Assembly (NCBI GenBank): GCA_938030175.1
Contig: CALHGQ010000188.1
Coordinates: 1-52,296, forward strand
DNA from: an uncultured bacterium
GTDB lineage: Bacteria > Planctomycetota > UBA1135 > GCA-002686595
Length of the DNA stretch: 52,296 bases
Direction of reading: 5' to 3'
Shown: piece after piece, positions 19,702 to 29,387 of the stretch
How the letters are laid out: every line of letters begins with the position of its first letter
Position numbering within the stretch: the stretch's first letter is position 1
Notes under the pieces: generated by a model
Told to the model about the DNA's origin: nothing
Databases searched by the model: none
What the model saw: only the letters and a program-made list of their open reading frames with translations
Position numbers and translations under genes: made by a program

Positions 19702-20682
19702 ATGGTCACCACCGCTCTCCTACTGCTCGCGCTCCTCGCCTGGATACCGAGACCGCCGCTCCCGGCGCTCACGGGGCCGTATCAGGTCCGGCATCTCTTG
19801 GTGCCGCTCGCCCTGCCCTTGGGAATGCTGGCGCTGGCATCGGGAAGCCTCTTCGGAACGACCCTCGCGGCCGGTGCGCTCCTGGGATGGATCGGAACGT
19901 TCGCCGAGAGGCTGACGCCTGAGCCCATCGCCGATCCCGTCGACGCCTCGGGCGACATGCGGATCGCGACCCTGAACGCGGGCGATCACCGCTCCAAGGT
20001 ATCGCGCATCGTCGCGTACCTTCAGCAGCTGAACGCGGACGTGGTCTGCCTGCAAGAAGTGTCCGCCGAACACCTCGCGGCCTTCGACGAAGACCTCGTC
20101 GACGAGTATCCGTACCGCGCGTACCAGGGCAAGGGGCTCGACGGCCTCGCGCTGCTCTCGAAGTTCCCGATCCGGTCGGCCGAGAAGCTTCGGTGGACCG
20201 GTCAGCTTGCGCACCAGTTCGCCAAGCTCAACGTGGACGGCAGGACGCTGAACGTCATCAACGCTCACCCGTTCGCGTCGATCGCAGCGCTCGGTGACAA
20301 GAGCCCCGCCGCCGAGGACGTCCGTCAGATCGCGGCGCTCGCCTCCCAGGGCGAGCCGACCCTCGTGATGGGCGACTTCAACTCGACCGACCAGACCCAC
20401 GCGTACCACGCATTGGAGAGCGCGGGGCTCAACGACGCCTTCCGCCACGTCCAGGGAACCTTCGGGCCGACGTTTCCCGTGGCGTGGCGCTTCTACCGCC
20501 TCCCGGTGCCGCCCCTCGTACGGATCGACTTCCACTGGTACACCGACCACTTCGTCGCGACGGAGTCACGGGTCGGCCCTGATGCTTCGTCGGACCACCT
20601 GCCGCTCGAGAGCACCATCGCATGGCGCCGCGAAGCGGTGGAAGAGCTCGAGCAGGCAGCGTCCGCTCCAACGGCTGCGTAG
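19702..20682 (+). CDS. Membrane-anchored endonuclease/exonuclease/phosphatase (EEP) family protein
   Basis: N-terminal TM helices; motifs ATLN, VVCLQEV, MGDFNS, RIDFHW, SDHLP. Confidence 0.9.
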   Translation: MVTTALLLLALLAWIPRPPLPALTGPYQVRHLLVPLALPLGMLALASGSLFGTTLAAGALLGWIGTFAERLTPEPIADPVDASGDMRIATLNAGDHRSKVSRIVAYLQQLNADVVCLQEVSAEHLAAFDEDLVDEYPYRAYQGKGLDGLALLSKFPIRSAEKLRWTGQLAHQFAKLNVDGRTLNVINAHPFASIAALGDKSPAAEDVRQIAALASQGEPTLVMGDFNSTDQTHAYHALESAGLNDAFRHVQGTFGPTFPVAWRFYRLPVPPLVRIDFHWYTDHFVATESRVGPDASSDHLPLESTIAWRREAVEELEQAASAPTAA

Positions 20683-20768
20683 CCGAACCGTAACGGCCCC
20701 GTTAGCCGGCACCCGGAGATTCCGGGCAGTGTGAGCCGGCGATCAGCGTGTCAGGGTACCTTCCCTGC

Positions 20769-22190
20769 ATGCGACTCCACACCATTCTGACCGCGCTCGC
20801 CCCCCTCGCGTTTGCCTCCCAAGCGGCGGCGGAAGTCACCGAGGTGGTCATTCCGACCAGCGACGGGATCCAAGTCCACGGCTCCTTGCAACTGCCCGAG
20901 GGCGACATCTTCGATCCCATCCCCGCCGTGCTGCTCGTGCACGGCGGCAGGCAGACGCGCGCCGAGTGGGCGCCGCTCCTCCCGGAGCTCGCTGAGTCCG
21001 GCTGGGCGGTCCTCTCCATCGACCTCCGCGGCCACGGCGCGACCGGCGGAGAGATCAGCGACTGGCAGGCGTTCTTCAACGATGCAGACGGCGTCCCCAA
21101 AGACGTGGAAGCCGCGATGGGCTTCCTCGGCGCCCACGAGTCGGTGAACAAGGATCGCATCGCGGTCGTCGGCTCGTCCGTCGGTGGCAACCTCGCTTGC
21201 GTCGCCGTCCAGAAGTACGGCGCCATCGGCGGCGTCTTCATGAGCGGCAAGACCGAGGCCGCGACGAGCCTCGCGGGCGAGAAACTCACCGGGCTCAAGT
21301 CGATGCTCTACATCGCGGCAGAGAAAGAGCAGGGTGGTGCGCGGGCTGGCTACGCCAACGAGCTTTGCGCCATGAGCGCGGGCGCTTCCCGAGCGCTGAT
21401 CGTCGAAGGGTCCAGCGCCCACGGCGCCGCCCTCTTGACCGAGAAGCCCGCGTTGATTCGCGACGTGATGGATCACCTCGGCGGCATCCTCGCCGACGGC
21501 AAGTTCAAGGAGATCGAATTCCCGGCCCCCGACGGCTTGACCGTGACGGCCGAGATGTACGGCCCCCACGGCCTCTCCGCCCCCTGGATCGTGGTCTGCC
21601 ACCAGGCGAGGTGGTCCCGCGGCGAGTACCGCGAAACGGCTCCGCGCCTTACCGCCCTCGGCTTCAACGTGCTGGCGCTCGATCAGCGATCCGGCGGGGC
21701 GGTCAACGACGTGCCCAACAAAACGGCGGCGCGTGCCGAAGAGAAGAAGCTCCCCACCGGCTACCTCGACGCCGAGGGAGACATCCTCGCTGGCCTGGAG
21801 TGGGTCAAGGAGTTCGGCGCGAAGAAGGTCGTGCTCATTGGCTCCTCGTACTCAGCGAGCCTCGCCATCAAGATCGCGGCAGAGCACCCGGACCTCGTGC
21901 ACGCCGTCGGATCCTTCTCCCCCGGCGAGTACTTCGGAAAGGACCAGCCCAAGCTGATTGAAACGGCGGCCTCCAAGATCGCCTGTCCGACGTTCCTGAC
22001 CTCGTCTAAGGATGAGGTGCCCCGCTGGCAGCCCTTCTTCGCGGCCATCCCGGGCGACGAGGGCAAGCTCAAGTGGAGCCACACGCCGAAGGTGGACGGC
22101 CAGCACGGTTCCCGCTCGCTGTGGTCACAGTTCGAAGGCTCCCGCGAGGTCTGGGCGGCTTTCACCCCGTTCCTTCTGCTCCAGCGCTAG
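20769..22190 (+). CDS. Secreted tandem alpha/beta hydrolase (two hydrolase domains)
   Basis: Signal peptide. Domain 1: LLVHGG, IDLRGHG, GSSVG, HG. Domain 2: VCHQA, LDQRSGG, GSSYS, HGS. Confidence 0.85.
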   Translation: MRLHTILTALAPLAFASQAAAEVTEVVIPTSDGIQVHGSLQLPEGDIFDPIPAVLLVHGGRQTRAEWAPLLPELAESGWAVLSIDLRGHGATGGEISDWQAFFNDADGVPKDVEAAMGFLGAHESVNKDRIAVVGSSVGGNLACVAVQKYGAIGGVFMSGKTEAATSLAGEKLTGLKSMLYIAAEKEQGGARAGYANELCAMSAGASRALIVEGSSAHGAALLTEKPALIRDVMDHLGGILADGKFKEIEFPAPDGLTVTAEMYGPHGLSAPWIVVCHQARWSRGEYRETAPRLTALGFNVLALDQRSGGAVNDVPNKTAARAEEKKLPTGYLDAEGDILAGLEWVKEFGAKKVVLIGSSYSASLAIKIAAEHPDLVHAVGSFSPGEYFGKDQPKLIETAASKIACPTFLTSSKDEVPRWQPFFAAIPGDEGKLKWSHTPKVDGQHGSRSLWSQFEGSREVWAAFTPFLLLQR

Positions 22191-22219
22191 CGATCGGGGT
22201 TGGACGTGGAACGGAAAGG

Positions 22220-23551
22220 CTAGTCGAGAGCGATGCGCGCCTCGTAGAGACGCCCAGGGTCGTTCACTAGGGCTGTGCGCACGAGGGTGGTCCATGAAGT
22301 CGTGGGGACGGCCTGAAAGACCTCCTTCCCGTCCACCGTGATCGTGACCTCCTCGTCCATCTTGACGACGTCGCTCGAGAGCAGCACGGCCAGCCCAGCA
22401 ATGCCTTTACGATCGGTCTTGACGTCGATGCTGTTCGTCTCTCGATTCAGTGTGGCGTCGATCAAAGCGCCGATCCGGGGCTTCTTCCAGTCGAGCCAAT
22501 AGAAAGAGGTCCTCCAATTGAGGGCCGGTTGCCAAAGGACTCGCGTCGGGTGGGGCTCGCGCTGGAAGTTCTCGATGCGCTCCAAGAGCTTCTCAGGTCC
22601 TCCAACGGGATAGCTGTGCTGCCGGTCATCCACTTCCCAGTACGTGAAGTCCTCGTAGCCGCCGTACTTGGCCTGGAACTCCTTGAGCAGCCCCACCGCG
22701 AACTGGTTCGCGTCCGGTGGCACCCTCGGATCATCCGTGCTTTGGAACACGCACATGGGCAGGTTACGCAGGCCCGGGATGACCCCTTGCTGCATGTCGA
22801 CGATCTTCTCGGTGGCCCGATCCTTGATCGGCGTCGGCGCCCCGGCCGAGGGCACAGCGGCGGCGAAGAGATCGGCGTGGTGCCCGCCGAGGACCCAGGA
22901 CCCGTAGCCGCCCATGGAGTGACCGCCGATGTAGATGTGGTCGACCGGCACTTTGTAGGTACGCCGCGCCTCGTCGATCAACGTCATGATCCACTCCTCC
23001 GTGCCGGTGTCCGTCCAGCCGCACTCCGTGGCCTCGATCGCCTGGGGATAGATCGAAAGCCAGCCCCGGGAACCCGACGGGCCCTGGTACGCACCGAGAG
23101 CGCCGGAAGCATCGGCGGACCCTACGCCGCCGCCGTGCAGTCCGATAAAGAGCCCCTTGGGCCTTGAGGTCTTGCCGCTTACGAAGAAACGGCCGCGCTT
23201 GCCGTCTTCTTCCCAGTACCAGTGCTCCCCCTTCTTTGGAAGCTTGCGCAGCTTCCCCCACGCCTTCTCGATTGCCTTAAGGACGGCCTTGCGAGACGAC
23301 TTATCGGGTGCGGAGAGACCTTGGTAGGGCGCGAGCAGAGCGTCGAGCCCCTCGCGGCTGTCGCTGCGGTAAGGCTCCACCGCGTAAAGGTTCGCGACCA
23401 GCTCCTTGAGGGCCTTGCCCGTGGGCGCTTTGACCGTCTCTTGCGGCGCAGTGGTTGAGATCGATGCGACGGGCCCAGCGACGGACTCAGCGACGGGCTC
23501 AGCGAGGAGCGAAACAGCAAGCAATGCGCCGCTGGCGAGATGGGAGATCAT
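22220..23551 (-). CDS. Secreted alpha/beta hydrolase (esterase/peptidase-like)
   Basis: Signal peptide; LHGGG; nucleophile elbow GHSMGG; DPRVP acid; HSY His. Confidence 0.82.
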   Translation of the reverse strand: MISHLASGALLAVSLLAEPVAESVAGPVASISTTAPQETVKAPTGKALKELVANLYAVEPYRSDSREGLDALLAPYQGLSAPDKSSRKAVLKAIEKAWGKLRKLPKKGEHWYWEEDGKRGRFFVSGKTSRPKGLFIGLHGGGVGSADASGALGAYQGPSGSRGWLSIYPQAIEATECGWTDTGTEEWIMTLIDEARRTYKVPVDHIYIGGHSMGGYGSWVLGGHHADLFAAAVPSAGAPTPIKDRATEKIVDMQQGVIPGLRNLPMCVFQSTDDPRVPPDANQFAVGLLKEFQAKYGGYEDFTYWEVDDRQHSYPVGGPEKLLERIENFQREPHPTRVLWQPALNWRTSFYWLDWKKPRIGALIDATLNRETNSIDVKTDRKGIAGLAVLLSSDVVKMDEEVTITVDGKEVFQAVPTTSWTTLVRTALVNDPGRLYEARIALD

Positions 23552-23590
23552 GGGGATACCGTAGCTGTTGGCGCGCCGCCTGGCTCGCGA

Positions 23591-25204
23591 TCACTTGTCG
23601 GACGAGTCGCCCGACGATTCCTCGTCGGAGGGCACGGGGGGATCGAAGTAGGTGTCGCGAATCCACTGGGGCTGCCAGCGATCAGGCTCGCGCTTCCGGC
23701 CGGTGAGGTCCACGTGGAAGGGCTCTAGGGGCTCGACGACGAGCGGATCGCGGTCGCGGGTGCGCTCCTGCCACTGTTCCAGCGCGACCTGGAGCCGTGC
23801 GATGTGGTGGACGAACGCAGGGCGCTCCGCCAGGTTGATCTGCTCGGCGGGGTCAGACGCCAAGTCGAAGAGCTGGCGATGGCCGATCCTGGGGTAGACG
23901 CAGAGCTTCCACCGGCCGTCGGTGACGGCGCGCTGCGTCTTGCCCATGGAGAGGAAGATCGAGTCGCGGACTTCGGCGCGTTCACCGCTCCAAAGCGGGG
24001 CAAGGTCGCGCGCGACGTAGCCAAGGTCCGAGGCATCGGGCCAAGTTGGCTCCTTCGCCTCGGTGTTCGCCTCCGGGTCTGCGTCCGGGTCTGCGTCCGC
24101 TTCGACCTCCGGTTCAGCCTCCGGCTCGGGGCCCGCGAAGGAGAGCAGCGTTGGATGGATGTCCAAGAGATACGTGAGCGCCGTCACGTGCTGACCGGCT
24201 GGCACTCCTGGACCGACCACGATGAGCGGCGCGCGCAGGCTGTGCTCGTAGACGCTCTGCTTGCCGAGCAGACCGTGGCTGCCCACCGCTAGCCCGTGGT
24301 CTGCCGCAAAGACGATGACGGTCTCTCGTCCGCTCTGCCTCGCCTCGAGCCCGTCGAGGATGCGCCCGATCGCAGCGTCCATGTGCTCGATCAACCCGTA
24401 GTACTCCGCAAGCTGTTGGCGCACGACCTCTGGATCGCGCGGCCATGCGGCGAGCTTCTCGTCGCGCAGCGTCAGGTGCCCGTTGTCGAAGGCGTGCTGC
24501 GCCGCGAAGTTCTGGGGCAGCTCGGGGCGCGGACGGTCGCGCCATGGCAGCGGCGGATCCCGAGGGTCATGGGGAGCCGTGAACGCAACGCTGAGAAAGA
24601 TCGGCTTCGAGTCATCCGCCCCGGCAAGCAGCTCAAGGGCCGCCTCCGTGAAGAGCTCGGACGAGTGATCCTCCACGGGCTCGCGCTTCGTCGACGTCCC
24701 GTCCTCGTCCACGTCGTGCAGCGGTACCGCGAAGTGATTCGACATCCCGCCGAACATCACGGCGCGCCCCTCGTGGAAGCTGCGCTTGAACGAGGCCTGT
24801 CCGTTGTGCCACTTGCCCACGCCCATCGTCCGATAGCCGCGGGCCTGGAGGCTCTCCCCCAAAAGCTCCACGTCCGTGAGCCCGCTGTGGTCGATGGAGT
24901 GATACGCGCGGCCCGAGTGGATCATCGCGCGGCTCGGCGCGCAGACGGCCCCGTGGGGGGAGCCCATGCAGTAATTCCGCCGGAAGGAGGTCCCCTTGGC
25001 CACCAGGCGATCGATGTTGGGCGTCGCGATGCCGTGATTCCCCCACGCGCCGATGGTGTCCACCCGCTGATCGTCGGTCAGAATGAAGAGGATGTCGGGG
25101 GCGGGCGCCGCTTCGGTCGACGACTCTTGAAGCGGGAGGGACTCTTGGAGCGGGGGGGCCGGCAGGGCAGCGCTCAAAAGGGCCAGGGCGGTTGGGATCC
25201 ACAT
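23591..25204 (-). CDS. Secreted sulfatase (choline-sulfatase-like)
   Basis: Start chosen at MWIPTALALL (signal peptide); PDILFILTDDQ; CAPSRA signature; GKWH; APHDP; ADHG; GKQSVYE. Confidence 0.92.
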   Translation of the reverse strand: MWIPTALALLSAALPAPPLQESLPLQESSTEAAPAPDILFILTDDQRVDTIGAWGNHGIATPNIDRLVAKGTSFRRNYCMGSPHGAVCAPSRAMIHSGRAYHSIDHSGLTDVELLGESLQARGYRTMGVGKWHNGQASFKRSFHEGRAVMFGGMSNHFAVPLHDVDEDGTSTKREPVEDHSSELFTEAALELLAGADDSKPIFLSVAFTAPHDPRDPPLPWRDRPRPELPQNFAAQHAFDNGHLTLRDEKLAAWPRDPEVVRQQLAEYYGLIEHMDAAIGRILDGLEARQSGRETVIVFAADHGLAVGSHGLLGKQSVYEHSLRAPLIVVGPGVPAGQHVTALTYLLDIHPTLLSFAGPEPEAEPEVEADADPDADPEANTEAKEPTWPDASDLGYVARDLAPLWSGERAEVRDSIFLSMGKTQRAVTDGRWKLCVYPRIGHRQLFDLASDPAEQINLAERPAFVHHIARLQVALEQWQERTRDRDPLVVEPLEPFHVDLTGRKREPDRWQPQWIRDTYFDPPVPSDEESSGDSSDK

Positions 25205-25265
25205 GGCACCAACATAGCCGCAAGTTGTCCGGCGCGGGCCACCAGGTCTGCGTACCATCCTCGCC

Positions 25266-26219
25266 ATGACGAATGAGGCCGAACAACAGTCCCAGGAATC
25301 CGGGCAGAGCGCCAACGGTTGGACCGAGGTCCGCGTCGACGTTCCCCTCGGGTGGCAGGAACTCGTGGGAGAGGCGCTCAGCTTTGGCCCGTGCACAACC
25401 GTCGCCCTGGGTACGACGTCGATCGCCGCGCGCCAACCCGACGCGAACTCAGAGGCCGTGCGCACCTTCGTCATGGCGAAAGACGACAACCCCGCGTTCC
25501 GCGCCTCCGTCCAGGCGAAGCTCGAAGCCCTCGGCGAGGCCGTCGGCGTCGATGAGCTGCGCGGACTCAAGGCGGCGTTCAAACCGCTGCCGCCGGAGGA
25601 CTACGCGACGTCATGGCGCAAAGACTGGAAGCCGTTTCGCGTCGGCAAGCTCGTCCTCCTCCCCCCGTGGCGCGAGGAGGGTCCACCGCGCGACACCGAC
25701 ATGCGCCTCACGATCGAGCCGGGCGGTTCCTTCGGTTCAGGCCGACACGCGAGTACGCGCACCTGCCTCCGCGTCATCGACCTAAGGATTCGAGGCGGCG
25801 AGCGCGTCCTCGACGCGGGCACCGGCAGCGGAATCTTGTCCGTCGCCGCCACGATGCTCGGCGCCGATTCCGCGCTAGGTTTCGACATCGACCCCGCTTC
25901 GAGGACGAGCGCAGAGGAGTTGGCGGAGAGCAACGGCGTCGCCGCGCGCTGCGACTTCCGCGAAGGGGACTTCAGCGTCCTTGGGGACGACGAGGCGAAC
26001 TTCGACGTCGTGCTCGCGAACATCTACGCCGACGTGCTCCAGGCCCACGCGGCGGAGCTCAAGCGGCGACTGGCCCCGGACGGCTGGTTCGCCTTCAGCG
26101 GCTGCCGGATCGACCACCGAGACGCAACCGTGGCGAAGATGTCCGAGGTAGGGCTCGAGGTCCACGAAGAGCGCCGGAGAGGACGATGGGTCACGCTCGT
26201 TGGCGGACACTGCCGCTAG
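25266..26219 (+). CDS. prmA: Ribosomal protein L11 methyltransferase
   Basis: DYATSWRKDWKPFRVG; IEPGGSFGSGRHAST; VLDAGTGSGIL; FDID; VLANI. Confidence 0.88.
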   Translation: MTNEAEQQSQESGQSANGWTEVRVDVPLGWQELVGEALSFGPCTTVALGTTSIAARQPDANSEAVRTFVMAKDDNPAFRASVQAKLEALGEAVGVDELRGLKAAFKPLPPEDYATSWRKDWKPFRVGKLVLLPPWREEGPPRDTDMRLTIEPGGSFGSGRHASTRTCLRVIDLRIRGGERVLDAGTGSGILSVAATMLGADSALGFDIDPASRTSAEELAESNGVAARCDFREGDFSVLGDDEANFDVVLANIYADVLQAHAAELKRRLAPDGWFAFSGCRIDHRDATVAKMSEVGLEVHEERRRGRWVTLVGGHCR

Positions 26220-26323
26220 GCCGTACGAGGCCGAAGACACACCCCGCGACCCTACGGAGCCGTTTGCCCCCGCTTTCCCCGGGACGCCTTGAGTTACCCA
26301 GGCCAAGTTGGTCTCGTAACCGT

Positions 26324-28006
26324 GTGCGCCTAGCCAAACTTTGGTTCCTAGCTCCCCTTTGCGGAGCCTTCGCTGCATGCGAAGTCACGCCACCGGTGCG
26401 GGTCGTCACTCCAACGAGAGGCGTCTTCCAGGAGATCCGGAACGCGGTGGGCACGGAGGCGCTCTTTCGCGAGCGCGATGGACTGACGTTCGCGGGCACT
26501 CGCACCTACCCCGCAGGGAAGGGCGCAGAGGCTCCCGTCGAGCGGCCAGTGTCCCTGTCGCTCCGGCCGAACGGCGCCTTCTTGCTATCCGTCGGCGCGA
26601 CGGACGCGGCTTCCGCCGTCGGCTTCGACGGGCGCGAAGCCTGGACCCTCAGCCCGCGTGGTATCGCCGCGGAGGTGGGACTCGGCGCTCGGGAACACCA
26701 GCTCGCCGACGGCTGGCTCCGGACGCTGCTTTGGTTGACACCCGGCGATGAGCGCTTTTCGATCACGCCGGTCAAGCGAAGTCCAACGGCGGTCGCGCTT
26801 GAGCTGAGGCTGAAGCGCATCGGCCAGCCCGTCGAGGCCACGCTCCTCGTGGACGCGAGTACCAAGCGTCCGCTTTCCTATTCGATCACCAAGAACGAGC
26901 GCGTCCGCTCGGTGGCGTTCAGCGACTGGCAGAACACAGAAGGCGTGTGGTTTCCCCATGAGATGTCGGAGACGCTGGACGACGTAGTGGTGCACGTCGA
27001 TCGCTTTGCGCGTAGGACGCGGGGCACACCTCGGACCCTGGAGAAGCCACGAAGTCGCCCCACCGACGTGACGTTCCGGACCGCAGCACCGACAGCCCCC
27101 GGGGAATCGTCCGTTGCTGCGCGGGTCGACCAAGGCGGGCGCTTCTACGTGCGCTGCACCGTCGGTTCCCTCGAGGATGCGTGGATGCTCCTCGACACGG
27201 GGTTCGGCTCCCACGCGATCCACCGTGAGCTCGCGGAGGCCGCCGGACTCGACCTCGGGGAGTCCGCGCAGCTGCAAGGGGTCAGCGGCGCAGGGTCGGG
27301 GTTCTGGGTTCAAGCAGACCAGCTGACGCTCGGCCATTTCGAACAGCGCGCACCGCGGTTGATCACCGTCGACACGAGCTTTCTCTCAGAGCGCGCCGGT
27401 TTCGAAGTGGCAGGGATCCTCGGGGCGCCGCTCTTCCACCGCGCCGTCGTCACCCTGGATGAACCGCGCGCGCGGGTCTTGCTCCATGATCCGCGGGGAT
27501 TCGAGCGCCGCGGCTTGAGCTGGTTCCCATTGACCCTCGATGGCACCTCCCCCTGCCTCGGCGGACGCATCGTCTCGAACGGCCGCGCCACGGAGCGCCT
27601 CTTCTTCCGGCTCGACACGGGCTCGGACGACACCGTCACCATCGCTGAGTGGGCTTCGCGGCAGTTCGATCTCGTAGGCGATCGCGCCAATCTCCGCGCG
27701 ACGCGCATCGAGGGAGCGTTTGGAACGATCCTTGGTTGGCGGAAGGGCCTGGAGGGAATTGACCTAGGGCCGGTGAGCGAGGCGGCCGCGAGCTCGAAGT
27801 CTCCCGGACGGGAGAACGCCATTGCGGCCTCCCCAGGGCTGCGACTCATTGGCCCAGAGGCCACCCTGCTGCGACGGGCAGGTCCGGGTCCCCTGAGCGA
27901 CCCGTGGGTCGCCGGCAACCTCGGAACGAGGGCCTTGCGCGGTTGCCGCGTCGTCCTCGACTTGTCCGCATCTCGTATATCCATCCAGTCTGACGACACG
28001 AAGTAG
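26324..28006 (+). CDS. Lipoprotein with twin retropepsin-like aspartyl protease domains
   Basis: The real part of ORF 25613..28006 starts near GTG 26324 (lipobox FAA-C). Two DTG motifs (LLDTG...GILG; RLDTG...GNLG). Start codon uncertain. Confidence 0.8.
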   Translation: MRLAKLWFLAPLCGAFAACEVTPPVRVVTPTRGVFQEIRNAVGTEALFRERDGLTFAGTRTYPAGKGAEAPVERPVSLSLRPNGAFLLSVGATDAASAVGFDGREAWTLSPRGIAAEVGLGAREHQLADGWLRTLLWLTPGDERFSITPVKRSPTAVALELRLKRIGQPVEATLLVDASTKRPLSYSITKNERVRSVAFSDWQNTEGVWFPHEMSETLDDVVVHVDRFARRTRGTPRTLEKPRSRPTDVTFRTAAPTAPGESSVAARVDQGGRFYVRCTVGSLEDAWMLLDTGFGSHAIHRELAEAAGLDLGESAQLQGVSGAGSGFWVQADQLTLGHFEQRAPRLITVDTSFLSERAGFEVAGILGAPLFHRAVVTLDEPRARVLLHDPRGFERRGLSWFPLTLDGTSPCLGGRIVSNGRATERLFFRLDTGSDDTVTIAEWASRQFDLVGDRANLRATRIEGAFGTILGWRKGLEGIDLGPVSEAAASSKSPGRENAIAASPGLRLIGPEATLLRRAGPGPLSDPWVAGNLGTRALRGCRVVLDLSASRISIQSDDTK

Positions 28007-28085
28007 GGTCTAGTGTCGCCCTGCGTTCGCGGAAGTCGTAGGCTCCGTCGACCGTCCCCTCGGCAGACAGTATCGGCCAATCAGC

Positions 28086-29282
28086 GTGAACATCCTCTTC
28101 CTCGCACAGCGCGTTCCCTATCCCCCGAACCGAGGAGACAAGATCTCCACCTGGAGGATCTGCGAGCGCTTTTCAAGGGACCACAACCTGACGATCGTTG
28201 CCTTTGCGCACGACCAAGGAGACCTCGATGCCGCCCAGGTCCTGAACGACGAGAAGGGTATTCGCACGATCGCGATCCCCCACAACGAGCGCTCGAAGAA
28301 GATGCGCGCGCTGCCTCTGTTGCTGACGACCAAGGCGCTGACCCTCGGCGTATTTTCGTCCAAGGAACTCCAGGCACAGGTCGACGGGCTCTTGCCCGAG
28401 ATGGACTTCGCCTACGCATTCTCGTCGTCGATGGGAGCCTTCCTCACCGGCAAGAGCACACCTTGGGTCATGCACTTCGCCGAGCTCGACTCCGACAAGT
28501 GGCGGCAGTACGCCGACAAGCACGGGTTCCCCATGAGCATGGTGTATCGCCGTGAGTGGAAGACGCTCCGCACGTTCGAGCGCAAGATCGCAGCGGAGAC
28601 CGTGACCAACGTCTTCTGCACGCCGTTGGAGGAAGTGATCTTCCAGCGCGAGATTCCGGGCTGTCCGTCAACGGTCATGCGCAACGGGGTCGCGCTCGAT
28701 CACTACGAGCCGCGGCCCGATGCGGCTGAAGAAGCGCACTGCGTCTTTATCGGCGTCATGGACTACTTCCCGAACATCGATGGCTGCGTCTGGTTCGTGA
28801 ACGAGATCCTGCCGCTTGTGCAAAAGGAAGTGCCCTACGCGCGCTTCACGATCGTCGGTTCCAAGCCGACGCCGGAAGTCGAGGCCCTCGGCCAAAGGGA
28901 GGGCGTGAAGGTCACGGGCTTCGTGGACGATCCGCGCGAATACCTCCAGAAGGCGGCCGTCAGCGTGGCGCCGCTGCGGGTGGCACGGGGTATCCAGAAC
29001 AAGGTCCTTGAGGCGCTCGCCATGGGGCTTCCGACCGTGGGAACCACCTCCGCGACCCAGGGGGTGGAGGGTACGCCGGGCCAGGACTTCATCGTGGCGG
29101 ACGAGGCAGAGGCCTTCGCGAAGGAGGTCATTGGGCTCCTGCGCGACCCGGGCGCGGCCAGAGCACTGGGCGACCGCGGACGGAAGTTCGTCGAGGCGAC
29201 CTACGACTGGGAACGGTGCTTGGCGCCGCTCGACGGGATGCTGGATCAGGTCCGCTCGATCCAGATGAACGGGCCCGGCTGA
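28086..29282 (+). CDS. GT4 glycosyltransferase, TIGR03087 (PEP-CTERM/exosortase-associated) type
   Basis: ILFLAQRVPYPPNRGDKI, DSDKWRQYA, GVMDYFPNIDG, APLRVARGIQNKVLEALAMG. Confidence 0.9.
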   Translation: MNILFLAQRVPYPPNRGDKISTWRICERFSRDHNLTIVAFAHDQGDLDAAQVLNDEKGIRTIAIPHNERSKKMRALPLLLTTKALTLGVFSSKELQAQVDGLLPEMDFAYAFSSSMGAFLTGKSTPWVMHFAELDSDKWRQYADKHGFPMSMVYRREWKTLRTFERKIAAETVTNVFCTPLEEVIFQREIPGCPSTVMRNGVALDHYEPRPDAAEEAHCVFIGVMDYFPNIDGCVWFVNEILPLVQKEVPYARFTIVGSKPTPEVEALGQREGVKVTGFVDDPREYLQKAAVSVAPLRVARGIQNKVLEALAMGLPTVGTTSATQGVEGTPGQDFIVADEAEAFAKEVIGLLRDPGAARALGDRGRKFVEATYDWERCLAPLDGMLDQVRSIQMNGPG

Positions 29283-29387
29283 GCTGCTGGCTGGCTTCCC
29301 TTGCTGGGTTCCCTTTCCGGGCTTCCCAGCCGGGCTCGCCCGGCCGAGTTTTTCCGACCGGTTCACACCGGTTCACACCGGGGGACC

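Noticed and set aside
25613-26323. N-terminal 237 aa of the 797-aa ORF overlapping prmA
   Set aside because: Arg-rich shadow-frame translation of prmA; the real protein starts near the lipoprotein signal at 26324.
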